From a virus (taxonomy: Duplodnaviria; Caudoviricetes), in IMG/VR virus record IMGVR_UViG_3300050821_009094, positions 1,544 through 65,543 of that record: DNA of 64,000 nt; one strand, 5' to 3'. How positions within the stretch are numbered: the stretch's first letter is position 1; every line of letters starts with the position of its first letter. Positions 1 through 7,666 of this stretch are shown here, in pieces. Both the position numbers and the translations under genes were made by a program. A model generated the notes under the pieces. It was not told the DNA's origin, ran no database searches, and saw nothing but the letters and a program-made list of their open reading frames with translations.

Positions 1-293
1 CGCTTCTCCAGATCCTCGACCTTCTTGCCGTCACTGTCCGGCTTGGCGACGATCTCGGCGATGCGGGTGGCGTGGGTATCACGGTCCTGGGCCAGCGAGC
101 CGATCGAGACGCCATGAGCATGTTGCGTTGCGTCAAGAACGCTAACAGCGTGCTTATAGCCAAGGCTGGAGGCTTCGAGGTTCTTGATGCGCTCGTTCTG
201 TTCTACCATGAGTTCAAGGACTTGCAGCATGTCGGGAGACTCGAAGTGTTGGGCTTTGAGGGCGGTAACCGCGTCCTCGAATTTGGTAGGCAT
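1..293 (-). CDS. hypothetical coiled-coil protein, runs off the window start
   Basis: ATG at 293 preceded by GAGGA; reads MPTKFEDAVTALKAQHFESPDMLQVLELMVEQNERIKNLE... with no stop before position 1; not in the ORF track. Confidence 0.65.
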   Translation of the reverse strand, partial: MPTKFEDAVTALKAQHFESPDMLQVLELMVEQNERIKNLEASSLGYKHAVSVLDATQHAHGVSIGSLAQDRDTHATRIAEIVAKPDSDGKKVEDLEK

Positions 294-421
294 TGGGTTT
301 TCCTCTTTCGGTATAGCTCTGGTCCGTGGATAACGCCGAAAGTTAAAATTGGTTCCAGGAACTTATAAGGCATTACCGTGTTGTAGCTATGCGCCCCCCT
401 GTGGGGGCAGGAGTTCTCAAA

Positions 422-691
422 ATGTGCTTCTCATGGGATTTCATCAGGCAGTGCTTGATCTTCCTGGTGGTGATTTGTGCCATTATTGCTATCTTGCAGA
501 TTATCATTCCATACGTCTTCAGTAAGATTGGCTTTACGGGCGGCGCCGGTTGGAACGTCGTTGTCCAGGTCGTTCGCATCTTCATCTGGGCGCTCGTCGC
601 CATCTTCGTCATTATTTTCTGTTTCGAGATCATCGCCTGCCTGTGGTCGTATGTGGGCGGGGTGCCGCTGTTGCATAGAGGCAATTATTGA
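422..691 (+). CDS. small 2-3 TM membrane protein
   Basis: AGGAG upstream of ATG 422; MCFSWDFIRQCLIFLVVICAIIAILQIIIPYVF... with long hydrophobic stretches. Confidence 0.7.
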   Translation: MCFSWDFIRQCLIFLVVICAIIAILQIIIPYVFSKIGFTGGAGWNVVVQVVRIFIWALVAIFVIIFCFEIIACLWSYVGGVPLLHRGNY

Positions 692-810
692 TGAACACGA
701 CGGCACTTATCGGCTTGATTCTGGCGGTTGTAGCTGTGGCTATCGGTTTGGAGCAGCTAACCGCCTGGATCTGGCCGCCGCCCGTGATCGGCGCCTGCCT
801 GTGTTGCTAG
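691..810 (+). CDS. 39-aa membrane peptide
   Basis: TGATG overlap with the previous stop; MNTTALIGLILAVVAVAIGLEQLTAWIWPPPVIGACLCC. Confidence 0.5.
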   Translation: MNTTALIGLILAVVAVAIGLEQLTAWIWPPPVIGACLCC

Positions 811-881
811 AACCGTGAAATGGCGCCGTCAATTTGCAGGAGCTGCCCAGCGCCTCGCCCTTGGCTTCGGCATCGTCGCTC

Positions 882-1061
882 TTATTCTTTTGGCGGCTTG
901 GTTCGCAGGTCAAACACCTTGACCAGGACTTCTCCGCACTTGGCGCAATCATAGTAGTGAAATGCGATCGGCTCTGTCTGGTGCCGCTCAATTCTCGCGT
1001 CTGGAATTGTAGTCCCGCATTTCGGGCATTTACCATTGGCGGGAAAATAGACACTTGGCAC
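882..1061 (-). CDS. 59-aa zinc-ribbon protein
   Basis: GTG start just after the upstream stop; MPSVYFPANGKCPKCG...HYYDCAKCGEVLVKVFDL has two CxxC pairs; below the ORF-track cutoff. Confidence 0.65.
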   Translation of the reverse strand: MPSVYFPANGKCPKCGTTIPDARIERHQTEPIAFHYYDCAKCGEVLVKVFDLRTKPPKE

Positions 1062-1065
1062 AGCG

Positions 1066-1485
1066 TCACGCTGGTTTGTGCAATAATACCGCCGAGATCA
1101 ATGACACAATACCAATAGCTCCAACAATATAAGCTCCGACAGTTGCCCAATCCTTACGGCCAAGATCGGAAACCCGGTCTTTCAAATCGTCGATCTTTTC
1201 ATCCAAGCTTTCAATCTGCTTGGCAAACGCCGCGCTCATCTTGTCGTTGGCAATATTGTTGCTGTCATTTTGCTGCTTGACTAGCTCCTGCGCAGCCTTC
1301 AAGGCTGCAGCGAGCGCCGTATCGCGGCCGTCGAATTTCTCGGTAACAAGTTCCTTAAAACCGCTTAGCTTGGTATCAAATAGCTTTTCAATATCGTTTT
1401 TTGCCGCTGTGACTGCATCCGTTGTTAGTTTGGTCGGATCAGGAACTGGCACAAATCCTGTTGTCTGTATTAGTTTCTCAGCCAT
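1066..1485 (-). CDS. coiled-coil protein with C-terminal TM helix (lysis-region accessory)
   Basis: helical acidic/basic body, ends WATVGAYIVGAIGIVSLISAVLL. Confidence 0.75.
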   Translation of the reverse strand: MAEKLIQTTGFVPVPDPTKLTTDAVTAAKNDIEKLFDTKLSGFKELVTEKFDGRDTALAAALKAAQELVKQQNDSNNIANDKMSAAFAKQIESLDEKIDDLKDRVSDLGRKDWATVGAYIVGAIGIVSLISAVLLHKPA

Positions 1486-1490
1486 AGCAC

Positions 1491-1934
1491 TTAGTGTTTC
1501 GTTTGAAACCCGCCACCAACCGCTACCCCACCCCCCGATCCAGGACCAGAGATCGGCGCTGCCACGCGCAGCGCATCCACCTGGTTCGAGATCTTGGTGA
1601 GCGTGTCGGCAATCATCTGTTCCCGCTGTTCTTCCAGGGCTAGTTTCGAGGTCACATCGCTGACCTTTTGATCCAGCGCCCCCCGCTTGTTGTCCTGGTC
1701 CTTGAAGGCGTCCTTGATGTCCTTGATAGCAGTTTCGAAGGTGTTTTTCACTGACGAAATGTCGCGATTACCCTCGACCTGGCCCCAGACCACGAACCCC
1801 CAACCCGCCGCGACCGACAGCATGATAATACCTCCGATCACCATCTGCTTGACGCTCATACTGACGGTCGAGTCGGGCGAGATGGTGCCGCCCCCATTGC
1901 GTCCTTGACGTTTCTGGGGGCGGCGCCTGGGCAT
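1491..1934 (-). CDS. single-TM plus coiled-coil protein (i-spanin-like topology)
   Basis: TM MVIGGIIMLSVAAGWGFVVW followed by heptad-like region; lies downstream of the lysis genes. Confidence 0.65.
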   Translation of the reverse strand: MPRRRPQKRQGRNGGGTISPDSTVSMSVKQMVIGGIIMLSVAAGWGFVVWGQVEGNRDISSVKNTFETAIKDIKDAFKDQDNKRGALDQKVSDVTSKLALEEQREQMIADTLTKISNQVDALRVAAPISGPGSGGGVAVGGGFQTKH

Positions 1935-2750
1935 TTAGAAGTCGTACCGGATGTACGCCTTGTACTGGGTGCCGATGTTGGCGCTTGCGTTGAGCGTCAG
2001 CGGAGCGCCATTCGTGGCAAACACGTTGTCGAAGGTGAAGCCGCGGGTTGGCCAGTCCACGGCCACGCCGAGATCCAGTGCGCCGCCGTTGGGCTTCCCG
2101 GTGGAGTCGATCGTCTGCCACAGGTAACCGGTACGGATGCCAGGAGCGACGCCAACGGACGTGCCGGCGCCTTGGGCAAGTCCGGTGCCGCTGATGCCGA
2201 ACTCGGTCACAAACGCCCCGAAGTACTCTCGCGGTGTGACCGCAACGGCGACGTTAGATGGGAGCTGCGGCGTGAACGCCGGGAACGGATTGGCGATACC
2301 AAGCCGGGTCATGAGCAGCGATACCAGGTCGGCGCCAACGTCAACGCCCTGCATCGAGGACCAGCGCGAGGCCACCCCAAAGCTTGCCGCACCCGTAGTG
2401 GGGGTCGCAGAAGTACTCACGCCACCACTGATGTTCTGGAAAGAACCGCTGACATAAACGCGCGCCCATTGGGCAATGCCCGCGATGGAGGCGTTTCCCC
2501 AAATATAGCCGCCTTCGAGATCAATCGACTGGCCGGCAGCGACAAGGTTGTTGCTGACAAGTGAAGTGGCAAACACGTTGTTATTGACGTTGGCCTGATC
2601 GACGCCGGACGTAGTACCGACGCCCCAGTACCAGCCGGATCCAGTGACGGTGAGGAACGGGGTAGGCGCTGCTTTGACAGCCATATCGGCCGCCACGGCA
2701 GGAAGAACCAGCGCAATCAGTGCGGCGCTGGAAAGCAAGAATTTACGCAT
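1935..2750 (-). CDS. outer-membrane beta-barrel protein, rhizobial Omp25/RopB-like leader
   Basis: signal peptide MRKFLLSSAALIALVLPAVA then ADMAVKAAP..GWYWG; alternating strands; ends YIRYDF (BAM-type terminal Phe); AGGAG RBS. Confidence 0.8.
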   Translation of the reverse strand: MRKFLLSSAALIALVLPAVAADMAVKAAPTPFLTVTGSGWYWGVGTTSGVDQANVNNNVFATSLVSNNLVAAGQSIDLEGGYIWGNASIAGIAQWARVYVSGSFQNISGGVSTSATPTTGAASFGVASRWSSMQGVDVGADLVSLLMTRLGIANPFPAFTPQLPSNVAVAVTPREYFGAFVTEFGISGTGLAQGAGTSVGVAPGIRTGYLWQTIDSTGKPNGGALDLGVAVDWPTRGFTFDNVFATNGAPLTLNASANIGTQYKAYIRYDF

Positions 2751-2807
2751 GGTGTATCTCCTGAAAGGGGCCTGATGCCCGAGGGGATACTACCTGCGAT
2801 CTTAGTG

Positions 2808-2957
2808 TCATTTCCGCAACACCGACACTTTATCTGTTAGATAAGCCGTGCCCGCCGGCCCGGCCGGCGGCTTCTTTTTGTGCGGGACCGGCAGGTCGGC
2901 GGCATAGGCCGACGTCACGAGCAAGGCGGTGATCAGGAGCACCATAAATCTGAGCAT
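2808..2957 (-). CDS. 49-aa secreted peptide with porin-type AADLPV leader
   Basis: MLRFMVLLITALLVTSAYA-ADLPVPHKKKPP...; starts 2 nt after the holin stop. Confidence 0.5.
   Translation of the reverse strand: MLRFMVLLITALLVTSAYAADLPVPHKKKPPAGPAGTAYLTDKVSVLRK
2852..2880 (+). terminator. possible intrinsic terminator, antisense to the late operon
   Basis: CCGCCGGC-CCG-GCCGGCGG inverted repeat followed by CTTCTTTTT. Confidence 0.35.
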
Positions 2958-2959
2958 GA

Positions 2960-3280
2960 TCAGCTACCAATCGCGCCGCCGCCGACTACGCCAGGAGCTG
3001 CGGCGCCAACCGGAGCCGCCTTAGCAGCTACCACTGCCGCCGCGCTCGTGTGCTTGGCCGTCAGCTTTTTCAAAAGACTGTCGGCAATGATGTAACCGCC
3101 TGTTGTCCACCACCCCCAGGCAATGCCGCCCAGCGTCATACCGGCGCCAATGAATGCCGTCACCTGAGCTTCATCAGTAATGATGCCTCTGGCGAGCAAG
3201 TACATCCCGGCGGTGCGCAGTACGTCACGCGCGCCTTGAGCTACTAACGGCTGAAGTGCACTCCAAGTGGTTTGGTCCAT
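2960..3280 (-). CDS. putative holin
   Basis: 106 aa, two hydrophobic segments ending GGIAWGWW, close to the endolysin. Confidence 0.6.
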   Translation of the reverse strand: MDQTTWSALQPLVAQGARDVLRTAGMYLLARGIITDEAQVTAFIGAGMTLGGIAWGWWTTGGYIIADSLLKKLTAKHTSAAAVVAAKAAPVGAAAPGVVGGGAIGS

Positions 3281-3287
3281 TTTAGCC

Positions 3288-3527
3288 TCACTGGTTTCCT
3301 TGGTTGACTGGTTTAAAGGACACTATGCCACCCCACCAAAAATGACAGCACAAAAAGCCGGTAAGGAAGCCAGCAATCCATGGGAATGGAGGGAAATCGG
3401 CTGTAACAGTCCAGACGAAACGCGAGAGTGTCGAAGTATTCTCGTGCAGCGACCAGCCCTCCATGATTGAGAAACTGACCACAATCAGGAGCAACCAGAC
3501 TGCCCATTTGATACTGCCTTTCATCAT
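3288..3527 (-). CDS. small 2-TM membrane protein (second holin or antiholin candidate)
   Basis: 79 aa, two TM stretches, overlaps the endolysin stop. Confidence 0.6.
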   Translation of the reverse strand: MMKGSIKWAVWLLLIVVSFSIMEGWSLHENTSTLSRFVWTVTADFPPFPWIAGFLTGFLCCHFWWGGIVSFKPVNQGNQ

Positions 3528-4102
3528 GTCACTACCCCCGTTGAAGCCATTTTAAGCGCCTGCGTCCCGATCTCCTTCGACCGGCGAATCCAGTCAGTAC
3601 CGAAATACTTGAACGTTGTCAGTGAGCGGTAGTACGCCTCGCGCGCTGCGGTGAAAGCGTTGATCATGCCGGTTACGTTAGAGATGGCAGCAACTGCAGC
3701 ATCCGTCTGCGATCCCCACATACCATCGGCCGCAATGTTGAGGGAGCGCTGCAACAGGATCGTGGACCTGCGTGGCCCGGCGTTCACGTTCTCATCGAAC
3801 ACGCATAGATTAAAGCCAGCCGGCAGCTTGTCGCAATTGGGCTGCCAGTACGAATCTAGGTAGATCGTCTCGCCTTGTATCTGCGTGATCTTGCGCACAT
3901 CGACGATCGGCAAGCCTTGGGCTTTCAGCCACAGATCGTACTCGTTGCCGGTGATCCCGCATTGCGTCTCACCGCCGGGATCGTGCGGGTCATCGTCGAA
4001 ATTGCGCGGGTTGGACCAGTCGGCGGCCGTGCCAGTGTAGACGTTGCATTCCTGTTGCAACGTGAACGGCAGGCAGGCGAGGAAATTTTTAAGGTCAGCC
4101 AT
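3524..4102 (-). CDS. endolysin, glycoside hydrolase family 108 with C-terminal PG-binding region
   Basis: DDPHDPGGETQCGIT, FDENVNAGP, LQRSLNIAADGMWGSQT and FGTDWIRR motifs typical of GH108. Confidence 0.9.
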   Translation of the reverse strand: MADLKNFLACLPFTLQQECNVYTGTAADWSNPRNFDDDPHDPGGETQCGITGNEYDLWLKAQGLPIVDVRKITQIQGETIYLDSYWQPNCDKLPAGFNLCVFDENVNAGPRRSTILLQRSLNIAADGMWGSQTDAAVAAISNVTGMINAFTAAREAYYRSLTTFKYFGTDWIRRSKEIGTQALKMASTGVVT

Positions 4103-4214
4103 TTTTCCTCACCCACGCAGCGAAATGCTCGTTCTTCATGTGCTCATGCCATTGCTTCTCGGTCATCTGGCCGGACAAATAGCAGGCGAGGATGAGATCA
4201 TAGCGGTGGCTCAT
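4095..4214 (-). CDS. 39-aa hypothetical protein
   Basis: MSHRYDLILACYLSGQMTEKQWHEHMKNEHFAAWVRKNG; fills the gap, overlapping both neighbours. Confidence 0.55.
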   Translation of the reverse strand: MSHRYDLILACYLSGQMTEKQWHEHMKNEHFAAWVRKNG

Positions 4215-4411
4215 TTGGGCGCCTCACATTTAGCTTTCGCTTCGTCTAACTGCTTTTGCAAGTCGACGATTTGTTTGGCCTGGGCTTCGACTGTCAGCGC
4301 CCATTGAGCGATGACACCATTGATTGCCAGCGCGGTTTGCGACGGGGTGCGTTGCTCTTGCGCTAACGCCGGGGAGCTGAATAGTAAGGCCACGCCAATT
4401 AAGAATTTCAT
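4211..4411 (-). CDS. small secreted coiled-coil protein
   Basis: signal peptide MKFLIGVALLFSSPALA-Q. Confidence 0.7.
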   Translation of the reverse strand: MKFLIGVALLFSSPALAQEQRTPSQTALAINGVIAQWALTVEAQAKQIVDLQKQLDEAKAKCEAPK

Positions 4412-4418
4412 ATTTCAC

Positions 4419-5813
4419 CTAGCAGTGCGTGACGATGCCGTTGACGCTGGCGAAACTTGAAGTTGGCGACCCAGTGCAAGACAGACCAGTATGGGCGCCC
4501 ACAATAAAAGCCTGTCCTGTGACTACTCCCGTGGGACTAACCACAAATCCAGGCGTAAAGATCGCTGCGGTCGTGAATGTAGCGCTGCCCCATTGTAGCC
4601 CATAGCTGTGGGTTCCAGACGGGGCAAGCCACATATTCGTTGCGCTGCTGTTCGATTGAATATCGGCAGTGTTGATACTGGCAGCATAAAAAGCGAGGCC
4701 AACATCCCAGTATGCAACGAAATCTGCTGAACGTATTTCGACGCCGACGCCACCGTTATTGTGCCCTGTACCGCCATAGTAGGCCAGGTCAAGCCCGACA
4801 AAAAGATTTGGGGTGCCAACTGGATTAAACAGCGCCGGTGCCCCAGTTAAGTTCTGTATATCGCCACTGAGAAAAACAGCACCGTTGCCAACAGTCGTCG
4901 CTTCCGTCACCCCAAACATATCATAGCCGATATGACCTTGGTTGACATCGCCTGACTGTACCGACGCGGCGTAAAAAGCCACGTTGTCGTTCGTGGATCC
5001 CGTGCCGCTTGTGTTGGTGGTGACGAAAACTTTCAGCCCGTTTAATTGCTGGGTGTTGTTGGTGGTAGCGTCAATTCGCATCACTGAACCAAGCGAACCA
5101 TCGCCCGAACTCGTTCCATTGACGATGCTCTCGGTTCTGCTGATCTGTACGGTTGGCGTGTTGCCCGCAATAATCGGGTGCGCAGAACTGCCCGACTCGA
5201 TCAGCAATTCGTTTGGTGTATTGGCGGAAGGCAGCAGCGTGCTGTTCGGTCCAAGAATGGAGAATAGATCGGGGCTGACGACATTCGTACCCGAAAAGGT
5301 GTTGTTGCCCGTAAGCGTATTATTACCATCGAGAAGTACGAGATCACTTCCCAACACGCCCGAGTCGCTCAACAATGACCCAGATGTGTTGTTGAACAAG
5401 GCGACATCTCCTACTGTCGATGAAACCGGTCCAACAATTCCGCCAACGGTGTAGGGAAAATTATAAGTCGTGCCGTTGAGCACGATCGAGAACGGCTGTG
5501 GCGTGTCGGTGCCGAAATTCTGGATGACCAAGCTCACGCCGGTTGCGTCGCTGATGTTCCAACAGACCTGCTGATAGCCCGGCGCTGTCGGCGGTGCGGT
5601 ACTCTGGCAGATCGTCTGGCCTTGTCCGACCACGCCAAGGCTGGTCAGGAAGCCGTTAGCAGCGGTACCGGCGTCCTGGATGATGCCATTGGTCGTCCAG
5701 GATGCTGCGTGGCCCGGCGTGACGTTACCCGATTGTTTGACCGCATTACCGGTTTGACCAAGCGCCGGCAGGCACGTCGCCAGCAACAGAAAGACACTAA
5801 GGAAGCGGCTCAT
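4419..5813 (-). CDS. signal-peptide fibre/adhesin-like protein
   Basis: MSRFLSVFLLLATCLPALG-Q; G/S/T/N-rich; fibre-shaft-like GPVSSTVGDVALFNNTSG..DSG and NNTLTGNNTFSG; ends NGIVTHC. Confidence 0.75.
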   Translation of the reverse strand: MSRFLSVFLLLATCLPALGQTGNAVKQSGNVTPGHAASWTTNGIIQDAGTAANGFLTSLGVVGQGQTICQSTAPPTAPGYQQVCWNISDATGVSLVIQNFGTDTPQPFSIVLNGTTYNFPYTVGGIVGPVSSTVGDVALFNNTSGSLLSDSGVLGSDLVLLDGNNTLTGNNTFSGTNVVSPDLFSILGPNSTLLPSANTPNELLIESGSSAHPIIAGNTPTVQISRTESIVNGTSSGDGSLGSVMRIDATTNNTQQLNGLKVFVTTNTSGTGSTNDNVAFYAASVQSGDVNQGHIGYDMFGVTEATTVGNGAVFLSGDIQNLTGAPALFNPVGTPNLFVGLDLAYYGGTGHNNGGVGVEIRSADFVAYWDVGLAFYAASINTADIQSNSSATNMWLAPSGTHSYGLQWGSATFTTAAIFTPGFVVSPTGVVTGQAFIVGAHTGLSCTGSPTSSFASVNGIVTHC

Positions 5814-6288
5814 AGAACACCGTGATGTTGGCTGTTGCGGCTGCGCCCTGGGCGTTTTGCAGTTGGAAGTAGATCACGGTGTCCGAGAACACCATTGTAT
5901 CCTGACTGTTGATTGTCAGCGACTGAGCGTTATTGTTGGTATCGGCGTTCGGCGTCGTGATGGTGATGGCCGATCCGGCAGTGACGATCGCAACACCGCC
6001 TTGTTGGATACCGGTGAACACGCCGCACGTCGCCATGGTCAGTGCCGACGAAGACCCTGAGATAACGATTCGATCGCAGCGCCAGCGGGTGAACCCGACT
6101 GGCAGATTGATCAGGATCGGGTTGTCGAAGTTGGTTTGATTAAAGTTGACGTTGGTGATTGACTGCGAGAGCAACCCCTGGGTATTAAGCAGGATCGCGG
6201 TCCCGCCGTCGCCAACCACTTCATTGGTCGTCCAGACCGCCAGATGCCCTGGAGTAACCCTGCCTGACTGGAGAACCCGGTTGCTCAT
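5797..6288 (-). CDS. fibre-block protein without signal peptide, paralog of 12194..12745
   Basis: shares QSGxVxPGHLAxW, RWRC, ATCGVFTG, NAQSLTIN and VFYEPLP with 12194..12745. Confidence 0.8.
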   Translation of the reverse strand: MSNRVLQSGRVTPGHLAVWTTNEVVGDGGTAILLNTQGLLSQSITNVNFNQTNFDNPILINLPVGFTRWRCDRIVISGSSSALTMATCGVFTGIQQGGVAIVTAGSAITITTPNADTNNNAQSLTINSQDTMVFSDTVIYFQLQNAQGAAATANITVFYEPLP

Positions 6289-6301
6289 GGTTCGAGCTAT
6301 A

Positions 6302-7666
6302 TCACATATGGAACAAGCAGTGATAGACGAGTTTTGTGCCGCTGATTGAACCGCTGGTCACCGACCATCCCGTGTATGGGCTGGAACCAATGGGCGTAAC
6401 CGCAAGTCCTCCCGTGACGATGCAATCCGGCAATTGCAACCACGTTTGAGATTGGAACGTTACCGTACAGCCCGTAGCACCAGACCCCACGGTAATCGTA
6501 CCGCTGGTGTCGGTATCATTGGTATCGATGCTTGCTCCCGATCCGCATGAACTAACAGCAGGTGGTGACGCGCTCGGTGACTGGTTATAGGGGTAATGGG
6601 TAGCCAAACCCGACGCGGTGAAGTAGCCCTGAAAATTGGTGCCTTGATACACTAAACTCGACGCGACGGAACAGCCGGAAACGATTTGCTGTTTCATCAC
6701 GCCATTGTTGGCGCCCGCCAGGTTGGTGCTGCCGACCAGCCAATAGCACGGGCCGCCGACGCTACCAGTTATGGTATCGTACGACCCGAATGTGTTTATC
6801 CCGGTGCTGTCACCCCTGATAACGCCGGTCTGCCCGCCGCCGAGTATTGTACCCGATCCGATGAAATTGATCGTCGCGCCGTCATCCAGCCACTGCCCGC
6901 CGTTGAATATGTCAACGACTGATTGTGTAAGTCCGGTCCCAACCGTGATATTGGCGACGCCGGTAACAAAAACCTCGCCGCCGCCTTCAAGGTTGAAAAT
7001 ATCACGGCCGGATGACGGCCCAAAATTATTGGTGCCACTGAACTGGACCTTGGTGCCAGTCCACGCGCTCACGATATTGCAAACATAGGTCGCTTCACTG
7101 GTTGCGTTGGCGCTTATGCCGTGGAGATTATAATTGCCGGAGTAGAACAATAAGACTGCGCCATCGCCGCCCCAATCGCCCTTGTTGCAGGTCCCGTTCG
7201 GCGGCGAGATGACGACACTGGACGGCGATGCGTCGTTGCCGAAAATCTCTATCTGGCTGTAGCCATAATTGGCGTTGCAAGTGAAGCATTTCGGAAAGCC
7301 AATAGGCGATCCAAATTGTGGTGTCTCGGGATAGGTGCCATTGCCCGTGTATATTACGGCGCTGCCGACATTGAAACTCCAGAGCAGCGTCTGGTTCATA
7401 ATATAGAGAGCATTCTGGAGTGTCTTGCATGGCGCGGCGATCGTCAGACACGTATTTGAGTCGCTTCCTGCCTGACAGGTCGATCCACCGTTGACACCAC
7501 ACGGCGTCGTGCCACTGCCGGATGGGTTGACGTAAAGAGCGACATTGCCGGTAACCAGCGAGATCAGACTGGCGATGGCAGCACCCCGGATCCAGCCCGG
7601 CGCCACTTGCGGGACCAGAACAAGCGCAACCGCTGATGCAATTAGAAACGTTCGCAGTGCCTTCAT
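6302..7666 (-). CDS. signal-peptide beta-helix-like receptor-binding/depolymerase-like protein
   Basis: MKALRTFLIASAVALVLV leader; YVNPSG..GSDSNTCLT.AAPCKTLQNA..GNGTYPE motif typical of pectin-lyase-fold N-termini; 14 Cys. Confidence 0.7.
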   Translation of the reverse strand: MKALRTFLIASAVALVLVPQVAPGWIRGAAIASLISLVTGNVALYVNPSGSGTTPCGVNGGSTCQAGSDSNTCLTIAAPCKTLQNALYIMNQTLLWSFNVGSAVIYTGNGTYPETPQFGSPIGFPKCFTCNANYGYSQIEIFGNDASPSSVVISPPNGTCNKGDWGGDGAVLLFYSGNYNLHGISANATSEATYVCNIVSAWTGTKVQFSGTNNFGPSSGRDIFNLEGGGEVFVTGVANITVGTGLTQSVVDIFNGGQWLDDGATINFIGSGTILGGGQTGVIRGDSTGINTFGSYDTITGSVGGPCYWLVGSTNLAGANNGVMKQQIVSGCSVASSLVYQGTNFQGYFTASGLATHYPYNQSPSASPPAVSSCGSGASIDTNDTDTSGTITVGSGATGCTVTFQSQTWLQLPDCIVTGGLAVTPIGSSPYTGWSVTSGSISGTKLVYHCLFHM

